NCBI GenBank assembly: GCA_046758065.1
Contig: JBHHZM010000001.1
Span: forward strand, 7,822-71,821
Length of the DNA stretch: 64,000 bases
Direction of reading: 5' to 3'
Origin: Alphaproteobacteria bacterium
Lineage (GTDB): Bacteria > Pseudomonadota > Alphaproteobacteria > JAAXGF01
Within the stretch, counting starts at the first letter, position 1; each line of letters begins with the position of its first letter. Both the position numbers and the translations under genes were made by a program. The notes below the pieces were generated by a model. It did no database searches. It worked only from the letters and a program-made list of their open reading frames with translations, and had not been told where the DNA came from. Positions 41,820 to 50,827 of this stretch are shown here, one piece after another.

Positions 41820-42182
41820 CCCTCTCGTTGTCATGGCGGGATTGTCCTACACTCCAATCAACGGCGCATTCCAAAACTGGAAATTATAGAGGAATTTTAT
41901 TAGGAAGAAAATTTAGAATTCGACGGTATATCACGAGAAGATATTAGGTATATATCTGGCGCTTCGTATGGAACCGCTAAGCGCGACGGTTCGTAGACGG
42001 GCATCTCGCCGCTCGAACCGACCGGGATTACGGACATCTTGATTTTTGTGACCGTTGGCCGGTGCGGCGGGCATTCGGGCCAGCCGCCGTCATGCTGTCG
42101 AAGATCATGGGTTTGAGGTGTATATTTTCGTGGTTGCTCTCTCAAACGTTGCGGGGTCTCGGAAATGCGGCGACACGATACG

Positions 42183-42685
42183 ATGACGGTGGGGAACGCC
42201 GCCGAGGCTTTGGCCGTCCGTCTCCTGAAGGAGCACGGCTTCGACGTCGTGAACCTGAACGAGCGCCGGCGGAACTATCCCGTGTTCGACTTGCTCGCGC
42301 GCAAGCAGGGGCGCGACATCAGGATTTCGGTCAAATGCGCGCGGGCCAAGCGCGAACTGCGACTCGGTAAGCCGCAAACCCTTGAGAAAATGCCCGACGA
42401 GGGTGTCGTGATGGCGTCCTGCCCGTCGCCAAGGGCGAAGAGATCGACCTCGACGGCGGTCGTTATGAGCTATGGATCATCCCCGGCAACGTCGCGCGCG
42501 ACGAGGGCCTGAAAATGCATCGGCCTTATGCCGCGGCGCGCCCGGGCAGCGCCAATCATTCAGTGATGGTCAAGGACAAGGTGGACCGGAGCCCGCATAC
42601 GCGCTCGGGAGCGGTGTTCAGGAGTTGGCGCGACCGTTTCCAGGATGCGTGGCAGGTTTTGGAGCCCGGATACCAGCACGCATGA
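42183..42685 (+). pseudogene. Frameshifted PD-(D/E)xK nuclease-like (Mrr-cat/YraN-like) gene remnant
   Basis: Frame A reads MTVGNAAEALAVRLLKEHGFDVV ... VFDLLARKQGRDIRISVKCA up to about 42413. The sequence continues in the -1 frame (VLPVAKGEEIDLDGGRYELWIIPGN ...) to a TGA at 42683-42685. Confidence 0.4.
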
Positions 42686-42891
42686 TTCCAGCCGACTCGC
42701 GCGTTCCGTTCATGAGGATCGTTCGGCGGGTTTGAACGCCCCATCGCCCGGTGCTTGCGTATCCCTCATCGCCGCCGGTTGATCCAGGTCAAGTCGGGCG
42801 GGGGTGGTTGGCGTCACACTCCAGTTCGTGGGAGTCCGCGTCGTCATGCGGGGTTCCGCGCCGCGAGGCGCTCGAAAACGGGGACCGCGCC

Positions 42892-44523
42892 ATGCAGCTC
42901 GCCCAGGCCCTGCTCGCCGCGCTGAAGGACCACGGCGCGCGGCAGGTGTTCGGCATTCCCGGCGACTTCGCGCTGGCCTTCTTCAAGGTGATCGAGGAGA
43001 GCGGCGTGCTGCCGCTTTACACCCTGTCGCACGAGCCCGGCGTCGGCTTCGCGGCCGACGCGGCGGGACGCGCCGGCTGCACGCTGGGCGTCGCCGCGGT
43101 GACCTACGGCGCCGGGGCGCTCAACCTGGTCAACGCGGTGGCCGGGGCCTGCGCCGAGCGCTCGCCGGTGGTGGTGATCTCGGGCGCGCCGGGGACGGCC
43201 GAGCGCGCCGCTGGCCTCGCGCTCCACCACCAGGCCAAGACGCTGGATTCGCAGTTCCGCGTGTTCCGCGAGATCACCTGCGACCAGGCCCGTCTCGACG
43301 ATCCCGAGCGCGCGCCGGCGGCGATCGCCCGGGTCCTGCGCAGCGCGCACGAGCAGTCGATGCCGGTCTATCTCGAACTGCCGCGCGACAAGGTGACGGC
43401 GCGCTGCGCGGCGGTCGAAAAGGCGCCCCCGAGCCCGGTGGCACCCGAAGCGCTCGCCGAATGCGCCGGGGAAATCCTGGCGCGCCTCGAAGCGGCGCGC
43501 GCGCCGGTGCTGATGGCCGGGGTCGAGATTCGCCGCTACGGCATCGAAGACAAGGTGGCCGATCTCGCCCGCCGTCTCGGCCTGCCGGTGGTCACCAGCT
43601 TCATGGGCCGTGGCCTGCTCGCCGATTCGAACGCGCCGCCGCTCGGTACCTACCTCGGCGTGGCGGGCGACCCCGAAATCACCGAGCTGGTCGAAAACTC
43701 GGACGGTCTGTTGCTGTTGGGGGTGATCCTGTGCGACACCAACTTCGGGGTTTCTCACCATCAGATCGACCTGCGCGCCGCCATCCAGGCGCTCGGGCGC
43801 CGGGTGCGCGCCGGTTATCACGTCTACCCAGACATTCCGCTCGACGCGCTGGTCGACGCGCTGCTCGACCGTGCGCCGAAGGGGGCGGAGAGCGCGCCCT
43901 CGGCTGCGGCGGCGACCGGGTATCCGACCGGGCTGGTTCGCGACGACGCCCCGATCACGCCGACCGACATCGCGCGCGCGGTCAACGACATGATGCGCGT
44001 CCGGGGCGCGATGCCGATTTCCTGCGACGTCGGCGACTGCCTGTTCACGGCGATGGATATCGAACACACGCGCCTCGCCGCGCCGGGCTATTACGCCGGC
44101 ATGGGTTTCGGCGTGCCGGGCGGTCTCGGCATTCAGGCGGCGCTCGACGAGCGGCCGCTGATCCTGGTCGGCGACGGCGCTTTCCAGATGACCGGCTGGG
44201 AGCTCGGCAATTGCCGACGTTACGGCTGGGATCCGATCGTCCTGCTGTTCAACAACGCGAGTTGGGAAATGCTGCGCGTCTTCCAGCCCGAGTCGCGATT
44301 CAACGATCTCGACGACTGGCGCTTCGCCGCCATGGCCGGCGCCCTCGGCGGCGTCGGCGAACGGGTGACGACGCGAGCGGCACTCGGCGCCGCGCTCGAC
44401 CGCGCGGCGGCGACGCGGGGCCGCTTCCGTCTCATCGAGATCATGCTGGAGCGCGGCGTCTGGTCCAACACGCTCGCGCGCTTCGTCGCCGGTCTCAAGC
44501 GGGGCCGACCACGCGAGGCGTGA
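42892..44523 (+). CDS. Thiamine-pyrophosphate-dependent alpha-keto-acid decarboxylase (indolepyruvate / phenylpyruvate decarboxylase family)
   Basis: N-terminal PYR-domain, central domain and C-terminal PP domain are all present (GDGAFQMTGWELGNCRRYGWDPIVLLFNNASWEML). Confidence 0.85.
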   Translation: MQLAQALLAALKDHGARQVFGIPGDFALAFFKVIEESGVLPLYTLSHEPGVGFAADAAGRAGCTLGVAAVTYGAGALNLVNAVAGACAERSPVVVISGAPGTAERAAGLALHHQAKTLDSQFRVFREITCDQARLDDPERAPAAIARVLRSAHEQSMPVYLELPRDKVTARCAAVEKAPPSPVAPEALAECAGEILARLEAARAPVLMAGVEIRRYGIEDKVADLARRLGLPVVTSFMGRGLLADSNAPPLGTYLGVAGDPEITELVENSDGLLLLGVILCDTNFGVSHHQIDLRAAIQALGRRVRAGYHVYPDIPLDALVDALLDRAPKGAESAPSAAAATGYPTGLVRDDAPITPTDIARAVNDMMRVRGAMPISCDVGDCLFTAMDIEHTRLAAPGYYAGMGFGVPGGLGIQAALDERPLILVGDGAFQMTGWELGNCRRYGWDPIVLLFNNASWEMLRVFQPESRFNDLDDWRFAAMAGALGGVGERVTTRAALGAALDRAAATRGRFRLIEIMLERGVWSNTLARFVAGLKRGRPREA

Positions 44524-44551
44524 CGACGCCGCCTGTCCGGCGACGGATGGA

Positions 44552-45259
44552 TCAGCCGCGGATGCCGATCGTCGGGGCGATCCCGACGACGCGCCGCGAT
44601 TCGCTGACGCCCACGAGGTCCGACAGGTAGCGGAACGCGCTTTCGATCGCCCCGGCCACGGTGCCGTCCCTGGTCCGGTCGTCTCCCAGCAGCGTCTCGT
44701 CGATTACCAGCGTGCCGGCGTCTCTCATCACCAGGACGCCGCCGCCGAGGAAGGCGACGACGGCCCTGGCCGCGGCGTCGGTGGTGACGCGGTCGCCGAG
44801 ACGAATGGCCATTCCCGCGCGGACGTTTTTCGTCTTGCCGCCCGGCGCCAGGACGCGGACGCTGCCCGTAACCGCAGTCAGCGTGGCGACGGCGGCGGCG
44901 TCGGTCGGAGCGGCGATCGCCGCGCTCTCCGCCGCCGAGTTGGCGCTCGCGCCCCCCAGGCTCGGCGACAGCATGCCGCCGACGGCAAGCGCCGCGGCCG
45001 CCATGAGCATGCGGCTTTGATGCGCCAGCGAGTGCTGGAGATCGTGTGGGCGGACCAGCCCCCGGCGCAGCAGCACCTCGCCGATCTTCTCGCCGGTCCC
45101 GCGTTGCTCGGAAAGCGCCGCGGCAAGCTGTGCCGAGGTAATCAACCCGCGGTCGACGAGGATCTCGCCGATCCTCAAGTGGTCCTCTCGATAGTTCCGG
45201 GCGATGGGCCGCCACCGCCGTTCACCCTTTCCGCCGGCGCGGTCGGAAGCGGCGCCCAT
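44552..45259 (-). CDS. MshEN-domain (c-di-GMP-binding) protein with a TM helix and a C-terminal FecR-like domain
   Basis: Two tandem 24-aa MshEN motifs match RLGxxLxxxGxIxxxxLxxALxxQ (LRIGEILVDRGLITSAQLAAALSEQ and KIGEVLLRRGLVRPHDLQHSLAHQ). A TM segment follows (MLMAAAALAVGGMLSP), then a FecR-like beta region (GSVRVLAPGG ... AGMAIRLGDRV). The start is uncertain, with 45409 as an alternative. Confidence 0.6.
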   Translation of the reverse strand: MGAASDRAGGKGERRWRPIARNYREDHLRIGEILVDRGLITSAQLAAALSEQRGTGEKIGEVLLRRGLVRPHDLQHSLAHQSRMLMAAAALAVGGMLSPSLGGASANSAAESAAIAAPTDAAAVATLTAVTGSVRVLAPGGKTKNVRAGMAIRLGDRVTTDAAARAVVAFLGGGVLVMRDAGTLVIDETLLGDDRTRDGTVAGAIESAFRYLSDLVGVSESRRVVGIAPTIGIRG

Positions 45260-45429
45260 GCCTGCGCCGCGCGGAGCCAACCACCGTCCGAGCCCGCGGC
45301 GCCGGCGGTGCTCGCCCGTCAGCGCGAGCGCAACGGGTCCGCGCTGCGGCGACCGGCGGGCCGGTCGTGTCGCTTCGCTTCCATGACGTCGACGATCGCT
45401 GAGCCACATGTCGCCAGAATAGACTCGAG

Positions 45430-45587
45430 CGGTTAACCGATGACTAACGAATCCGGATACTTGGGTAACCTTAATAAAACCACCACATAATGTTTGGTTC
45501 TTATTTACAGCGCGGGCCGGGTGGCAATGATGATTCATGCGTCCCGACCGGAGCGAACGGTTAACGACGTTGTCCCGCGGTTAACCG
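45430..45587. promoter_or_regulatory. Cluster of GGTTAAC(C) palindromes in the divergent intergenic region
   Basis: CGGTTAACCG occurs at 45430-45439 and 45578-45587, CGGTTAACG at 45558-45566, and variants GGTAACC at about 45464 and GGTTAAT at about 45696. The first site reads TTAA-N7-CTAAC, one mismatch from a CtrA box. Confidence 0.3.
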
Positions 45588-45855
45588 TGCGCGGGCGGCG
45601 GCGCGACGGGCGCCACGGCGCCGCAGGCCGCAGCCGGCCGCAGGGATTAGGAAAAAATTCACGAAAAATCGCCCGAGGTGTGACGGCCGTCACTGGTTAA
45701 TCACGTTAGTCATATATGATAGCCGGCGCCGCATGCCGTACGACGTTCGTGACGGTCCGTCGCCGCTTCCGGGAGGGCGTCCCAAAATCTCGGATACATA
45801 ATGCATGTCTGCGGCTTGCGAAGACAAAAAATTCAAGAAAGACAATAGAATTTAG

Positions 45856-47244
45856 ATGATCAGAGTCTTCAAACATTATATACCTACACCGTTCTTGGTT
45901 CTCTGTGTAATAGAGAACCTTATACTCGTCGTTTCAATATATTCCGCCATATATATCCGATACTTCAATGTCTCCTACGCGCCCGGGGCGATAGCGGAAT
46001 ATCTTCCGGAGGCGTTGACTTTCGCCGGCGCGATTCTGCTCACGATGTTCGCGGTCGGCCTGTACCGGCGCGAACACAGCCAGGATCTGCGCGCCGTCTT
46101 CTTTCGCCTGATCGCCAGCTTCGGTCTTGCCTTGATCGCGCTGTCGCTCGTTTTCTACGTCTTTCCCGACCTCAAGATCTGGCGCAGCGCCTTCGCCGTC
46201 GCCGTGATCCTGGCGCTTGTCGGTATCCTCGCGGCGCGCTTCGTCTTTCTCAAGCTGTGTGACCGCGCGGCGTTCAAACGGCGGATTCTGGTCCTGGGGG
46301 CGGGCGCGCGCGCGGCACACATCGAACGCCTGGAAACCGATGGCGAGGCGCAGAGTTTTACCCCGATAGGATTTCTGGCCACGCCTGACGCCGAGACGTG
46401 CGTGAACCCGTCGCGCGTTCTTTCCGGTGTCAACTCGCTCGCCGCCTTCGCCCGCGATCATGGTGTCGAGGAGATCGTGGTCGCCGTCGAGGATCGGCGC
46501 GCAGGCTTGCCGGTCGAGGCGCTTCTCGAATGCAAGCTCGAAGGAATATCGGTCACCGATTATCCCGGTTTCTGCGAGCGCGAGACCGGTCAGGTGGACC
46601 TCGATTCCCTGCAGCCGAGTTGGCTCATCTTCTCGGACGGATTCGTCACCGGACCGGTGCGCAACGTGCTGAAGCGCGGCTTCGACATCGTCGCAAGCCT
46701 CGTGCTCCTGGTCTTTACCTTTCCCCTGATCGCAACGGCGGCACTGGCGGTTCGTCTGGAGAGCCACGGCCCGATTTTCTACCGCCAGGAGCGCATTGGG
46801 CTCGCCGGGCGCCCGTTCATGCTGCTCAAGTTCCGAAGCATGAAGGTCGATGCCGAAGACGACGGCGTGCCGCGTTGGGCGGCGGCGAAAGACAGCCGCG
46901 TCACCCGCGTCGGGGCTTTCATTCGCAAGACGCGCATCGACGAGCTGCCGCAAATCTTCAACGTGCTCAAAGGCGAAATGAGCTTCGTCGGACCGCGGCC
47001 CGAGCGCCATTATTTCGTCGATCAACTGAGCGCCCAAGTGCCGTATTATTCCGAACGCCACCGGGTCAAACCCGGCATCACGGGCTGGGCACAACTCAAT
47101 TACCCTTATGGCGCCTCGATCGACGACGCCAAGGCGAAGCTGCAATACGATCTGTATTATGTTAAGAATTATAGTGCATTCCTCGACCTGAGCATATTGA
47201 TGCAGACGATTCGCGTCGTCTTGTGGCCAGAGGGAGTTCGCTGA
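45856..47244 (+). CDS. Exopolysaccharide polyprenyl-phosphate glycosyl-1-phosphate transferase (EpsB-family, PEP-CTERM-system associated)
   Basis: An N-terminal TM bundle precedes the C-terminal bacterial sugar transferase domain ([13 protein letters not shown] ... [22 protein letters not shown]). The 5' region is AT-rich. It lies directly upstream of prsK. Confidence 0.85.
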   Translation: MIRVFKHYIPTPFLVLCVIENLILVVSIYSAIYIRYFNVSYAPGAIAEYLPEALTFAGAILLTMFAVGLYRREHSQDLRAVFFRLIASFGLALIALSLVFYVFPDLKIWRSAFAVAVILALVGILAARFVFLKLCDRAAFKRRILVLGAGARAAHIERLETDGEAQSFTPIGFLATPDAETCVNPSRVLSGVNSLAAFARDHGVEEIVVAVEDRRAGLPVEALLECKLEGISVTDYPGFCERETGQVDLDSLQPSWLIFSDGFVTGPVRNVLKRGFDIVASLVLLVFTFPLIATAALAVRLESHGPIFYRQERIGLAGRPFMLLKFRSMKVDAEDDGVPRWAAAKDSRVTRVGAFIRKTRIDELPQIFNVLKGEMSFVGPRPERHYFVDQLSAQVPYYSERHRVKPGITGWAQLNYPYGASIDDAKAKLQYDLYYVKNYSAFLDLSILMQTIRVVLWPEGVR

Positions 47245-47269
47245 CACGGCGAGCTGAAGAATTGCCGTA

Positions 47270-49375
47270 ATGGACGCCGGCTTCATCAGCCATTTGGCTG
47301 CCGCGGCCGCCTTTGCCGTTCTTACCCTTCTGCTGTTGGTCAGTTGGCGAGGACGGGGGGCGGGAACGCTGCTCATCGTCGCCAGCGTGACGACGATGGT
47401 CTGGGCTGCGCTGGCCGCCTATTTCGCCCTCGGCAACGTGGCGGAGACGGGCGGCCTGTTCTCGACGCCGGTGCGCGTGCTCGAGGTGCTGCGCAGTGCC
47501 GCCTGGATCGCGCTTCTGTGGGGCATTCTGACGATCAGCCTGCGGCGCGCCGGCGCGGCGCGCGTCCCGCGGGTCGGTCCCCTGATCACTGCGGGATTGT
47601 GTCTCGTTGTCCTCGCCCTCGATGTCTATCCCGATCTGGCGAGGATCCTGCGGTTGCCTTGCGAAGGTACCGCCTGCGCGGTGTTCGGCCGACTGGGCGT
47701 CGCCGTTATCGGCCTTGCCCTGGCGGAGAACCTTTACCGCAATACCGAATCCGAGCGTCGCTGGAGCATCAAGCACCTGTGTTTCGCCGTCGCCGGCATG
47801 TTCGTCTACGACATTTTTCTTTACGCCGACGCGATTCTCGTGCGGGCGCTCGATTACGAGCTCCTCGAGGTGCGCGGCATCACCAACGCGCTGATCGTTC
47901 CGCTGATCGCGGTATCGGCGGCGCGCAACCGCGAATGGCGGCTCGACATATTCGTCTCGCGGCGGGTCGTCTTTCACTCGGCGGCACTGATCGGCACCGG
48001 CGTCTACATGCTGCTGATGGCCGGTGTGGGCTATTACCTCAGAGAGTTCGGCGGCAGTTGGGGGGCGATGCTGCGCATGGCCTTCCTCTTCGGCGCCGCC
48101 ATCCTGCTGCCCATCATCCTGTCCTCCGGACGGCTTCGCTCGCGGCTCAAGGTTCTACTCACGAAGCACTTCTTCACGTACAAGTACGATTACCGCGAGG
48201 AGTGGCTGAATTTCATTCGTACGATTTCGTCGGCCACGCCGGGACGCAGCCTCCGCGACCAGACGATCCGCGCCATCGCCAACATCGTAGACAGCCCCGA
48301 CGGCGGTCTCTGGCTGCGCGGGGATGCCGATCGGTTCGATCTGACGACCACCTGGAACTTTGCCTGGCCGGCGGTGGAAGAACCGGCCGACGGCGCTTTC
48401 GCGCGGTTTCTCGAAGAGCGGCAATGGGTCGTGAATCTGAACGATTCCGCGCGGTCGGACAAGGCGCAGACGGGACCTCCGGTTCCCGAATGGTTGCGCG
48501 GGCTGAGTCGCGCCTGGCTCGTCCTTCCTCTGGTGCACGAGGAGCGGTTGTTCGGCTTTATCGTGCTCGGTCAGCCTCGCGCTCCCCGTCGGCTCAATTG
48601 GGAGGATTACGACCTGCTCAAGACCGTGGGCCGCCAGGCGGCGAGCTATCTGGCCCAAGAACAGGCGACGCGGGCACTCGCCGAGGCCCGCCAGTTCGAG
48701 GCGTTCAACCAGCGCTTCGCTTTCGTGCTGCACGATGTCAAGAATCTCGTGAGCCAGCTTTCGTTGATGGCGAAAAACGCGGCGAAGCACCGCGACAACC
48801 CGGCCTTTCAGGAAGACATGGTCCGGACAGTCGATGAATCGGTCGAGAAGATGAACCGTCTGTTGCAGCGACTCCACGCGGATTCGGCGAGCAGTCCCCG
48901 CTCTGTTGTCGAACTCGCCGGGCTGTTGCGCCGGATCGTCGACGAGCGCGCCGGCACGGCGCCCTCGGTCATCTTCGACGACGGCGGCGCGACCCTTGCC
49001 GTCGCCGTCGATGAAGATCGCCTCGCCGCGGTGGTCGAGCACCTGATCCAGAATGCCCTCGACGCCTCGCCCCCGGCCGCTCGGGTTCGGGTGCGCTTGT
49101 TTGCCAGCGGCGATGATGCGATCATCGAGGTCGAGGACAGTGGTGCCGGCATGGACGCCGAATTCATCCGCGAGGAACTCTTTCGGCCGTTCAAGACCAC
49201 CAAGGGGGCGGGGTATGGCATCGGCGCCTTCGAAAGCCGGGAGTTTGCGCGCCGCATGGGCGGTCGGCTCGATGTTTTCAGCGAGCCGGGCGAGGGGACG
49301 ACAATGCGATTGATCCTGCCTGTCGTAAAGGGTTCGCCCGAAACCACCGGCGATCGGCGAAAGGTGACGGCCTGA
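47270..49375 (+). CDS. prsK: PEP-CTERM system histidine kinase PrsK
   Basis: The 701-aa product has a multi-TM N-terminal region, a GAF-like domain, a HisKA H-box (FVLHDVKNLVSQL) and an HATPase_c domain. Its stop overlaps the prsR start (TGATG). Confidence 0.8.
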   Translation: MDAGFISHLAAAAAFAVLTLLLLVSWRGRGAGTLLIVASVTTMVWAALAAYFALGNVAETGGLFSTPVRVLEVLRSAAWIALLWGILTISLRRAGAARVPRVGPLITAGLCLVVLALDVYPDLARILRLPCEGTACAVFGRLGVAVIGLALAENLYRNTESERRWSIKHLCFAVAGMFVYDIFLYADAILVRALDYELLEVRGITNALIVPLIAVSAARNREWRLDIFVSRRVVFHSAALIGTGVYMLLMAGVGYYLREFGGSWGAMLRMAFLFGAAILLPIILSSGRLRSRLKVLLTKHFFTYKYDYREEWLNFIRTISSATPGRSLRDQTIRAIANIVDSPDGGLWLRGDADRFDLTTTWNFAWPAVEEPADGAFARFLEERQWVVNLNDSARSDKAQTGPPVPEWLRGLSRAWLVLPLVHEERLFGFIVLGQPRAPRRLNWEDYDLLKTVGRQAASYLAQEQATRALAEARQFEAFNQRFAFVLHDVKNLVSQLSLMAKNAAKHRDNPAFQEDMVRTVDESVEKMNRLLQRLHADSASSPRSVVELAGLLRRIVDERAGTAPSVIFDDGGATLAVAVDEDRLAAVVEHLIQNALDASPPAARVRVRLFASGDDAIIEVEDSGAGMDAEFIREELFRPFKTTKGAGYGIGAFESREFARRMGGRLDVFSEPGEGTTMRLILPVVKGSPETTGDRRKVTA

Positions 49376-50730
49376 TGGGTGCGCGGAATCGCAAACTGCT
49401 GATCGTTGAGGACGATTCGGGACTTCAGCGCCAATTGCGCTGGAGCTTCTCGGACTACGAGGTCTTCGTCGCCAAAGATCGGGACGGCGCTCTCGAATTG
49501 GTGAAAGATGAAAAACCGCCCGTGGTCACGCTCGACCTCGGCCTGCCGCCCGACGAGGACGGCACCTCGGAAGGCCTGGCGACGCTCGAGAATATTCTCG
49601 CACGGGCGCCGGACACCAAAGTCATCGTCGTCACCGGCAACGAGGATCGCGCCAACGCGGTAAAGGCCGTGGGTCTCGGCGCCTACGATTTCTACCAGAA
49701 GCCGATCGACGACGAGATGCTCGGCCTCATTATCCAGCGCGCCCATCAGCTTTACGAGCTTGAGGCGGACAACCAGCGGCTTACCGACGCTCGACGCGAA
49801 TCGACCTTGCGCGGGATCATCACGAGTTGTTCCGAGATGCTCAAGGTCTGCGGGACGATCGAAAAGATCGCGCCGGCCGACGTCAGCGTCCTGCTGGGCG
49901 GCGAGAGCGGCACCGGCAAAGAGCTTCTCGCGCGCGCGCTTCACGAACTGAGTGCGCGCCGGAAAGGTCCGCTCGTTACCATAAACTGTGCGGCGATTCC
50001 GGAGACCCTTCTCGAATCCGAACTCTTCGGGCACGAAAAGGGTGCTTTCACAGGCGCCGTCAAGCAGACCAAGGGCAAGATCGAGCTCGCCGACGGGGGC
50101 ACGCTGTTCCTCGACGAGATCGGCGACATTCCGGTCGCGCTACAGGTCAAGCTGTTGCGCTTCCTGCAGGAGCGGGTGATTGAACGGATTGGCGGGCGCA
50201 AGCAGATTCCCGTCGACGTGCGTATCGTCTGCGCCACCCACCAGGACCTTGACGCGCTTATCAAGGTGGGGCGGTTTCGCGATGACCTGTTCTACCGGAT
50301 CAGCGAAATCGTCATCAAGATCCCCCCGCTGCGCGACCGGGATAGCGATCCGATCGTCCTTGCTCGCAGTTTTCTGAACAAGTTCAACAAGGAGCTCGAT
50401 CGTTCCGTCCGCGGATTTACCGGCCCCGCGCTGGCGGCGATCACGAATTACCCCTGGCCCGGCAACGTGCGTGAGCTCGAGAACCGCATGAAGCGGGCCG
50501 TGATCATGGCCGAAGGCGTTCGCATTACCGCGGGCGACCTCGAACTCGAGGCGCCCGAAACCGAACCGATGCCGCTCGCCCTCAAGGACGTACGCGAGAT
50601 GGCCGAGCGCGACGCGGTGCAGCGAGCGCTCGCCGAAGTCGACGGCAACGTCTCGCACGCGGCAAAGCTCCTTGGTGTCAGCCGGCCGACGCTCTACGAT
50701 CTGATGCGGTATTACAATTTCAAATGGTGA
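49375..50730 (+). CDS. prsR: PEP-CTERM-box response regulator PrsR (sigma-54-dependent, NtrC family)
   Basis: It has a REC domain, a sigma-54 AAA+ domain (GESGTGKELLARALH, GAFTGA) and a C-terminal Fis-type HTH. Confidence 0.85.
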   Translation: MGARNRKLLIVEDDSGLQRQLRWSFSDYEVFVAKDRDGALELVKDEKPPVVTLDLGLPPDEDGTSEGLATLENILARAPDTKVIVVTGNEDRANAVKAVGLGAYDFYQKPIDDEMLGLIIQRAHQLYELEADNQRLTDARRESTLRGIITSCSEMLKVCGTIEKIAPADVSVLLGGESGTGKELLARALHELSARRKGPLVTINCAAIPETLLESELFGHEKGAFTGAVKQTKGKIELADGGTLFLDEIGDIPVALQVKLLRFLQERVIERIGGRKQIPVDVRIVCATHQDLDALIKVGRFRDDLFYRISEIVIKIPPLRDRDSDPIVLARSFLNKFNKELDRSVRGFTGPALAAITNYPWPGNVRELENRMKRAVIMAEGVRITAGDLELEAPETEPMPLALKDVREMAERDAVQRALAEVDGNVSHAAKLLGVSRPTLYDLMRYYNFKW

Positions 50731-50827
50731 ATCCGACAGCCGCAGGCGCTCGCCGAATCTGGCCTGCGCCCCGCACGGTCACGGGGAATCGGGTGGATCT
50801 TCGGCGTTACAGTGAAGGAGGCCCAGC

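Larger units (their letters stand above)
39816..42750. mobile_element. Low-GC (about 35-50%) inserted islet of roughly 2.9 kb flanked by a 14-bp direct repeat
   Basis: cgccccatcgcccg occurs at 39816-39829 and again at 42737-42750, exactly bounding the AT-rich block. Flanking DNA is about 68% GC. No integrase or transposase is present. Confidence 0.35.

Noticed and set aside
41900-42145. 81-aa minus ORF upstream of the DUF4258-like gene
   Set aside because: Its composition is odd, with no RBS or conservation cues. It is more likely promoter or leader sequence of the islet operon.
42804-44630. 608-aa plus ORF and 407-aa minus ORF overlapping the TPP decarboxylase gene
   Set aside because: They are alternative-frame and antisense artefacts. 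The 42892 frame carries TPP-enzyme motifs.
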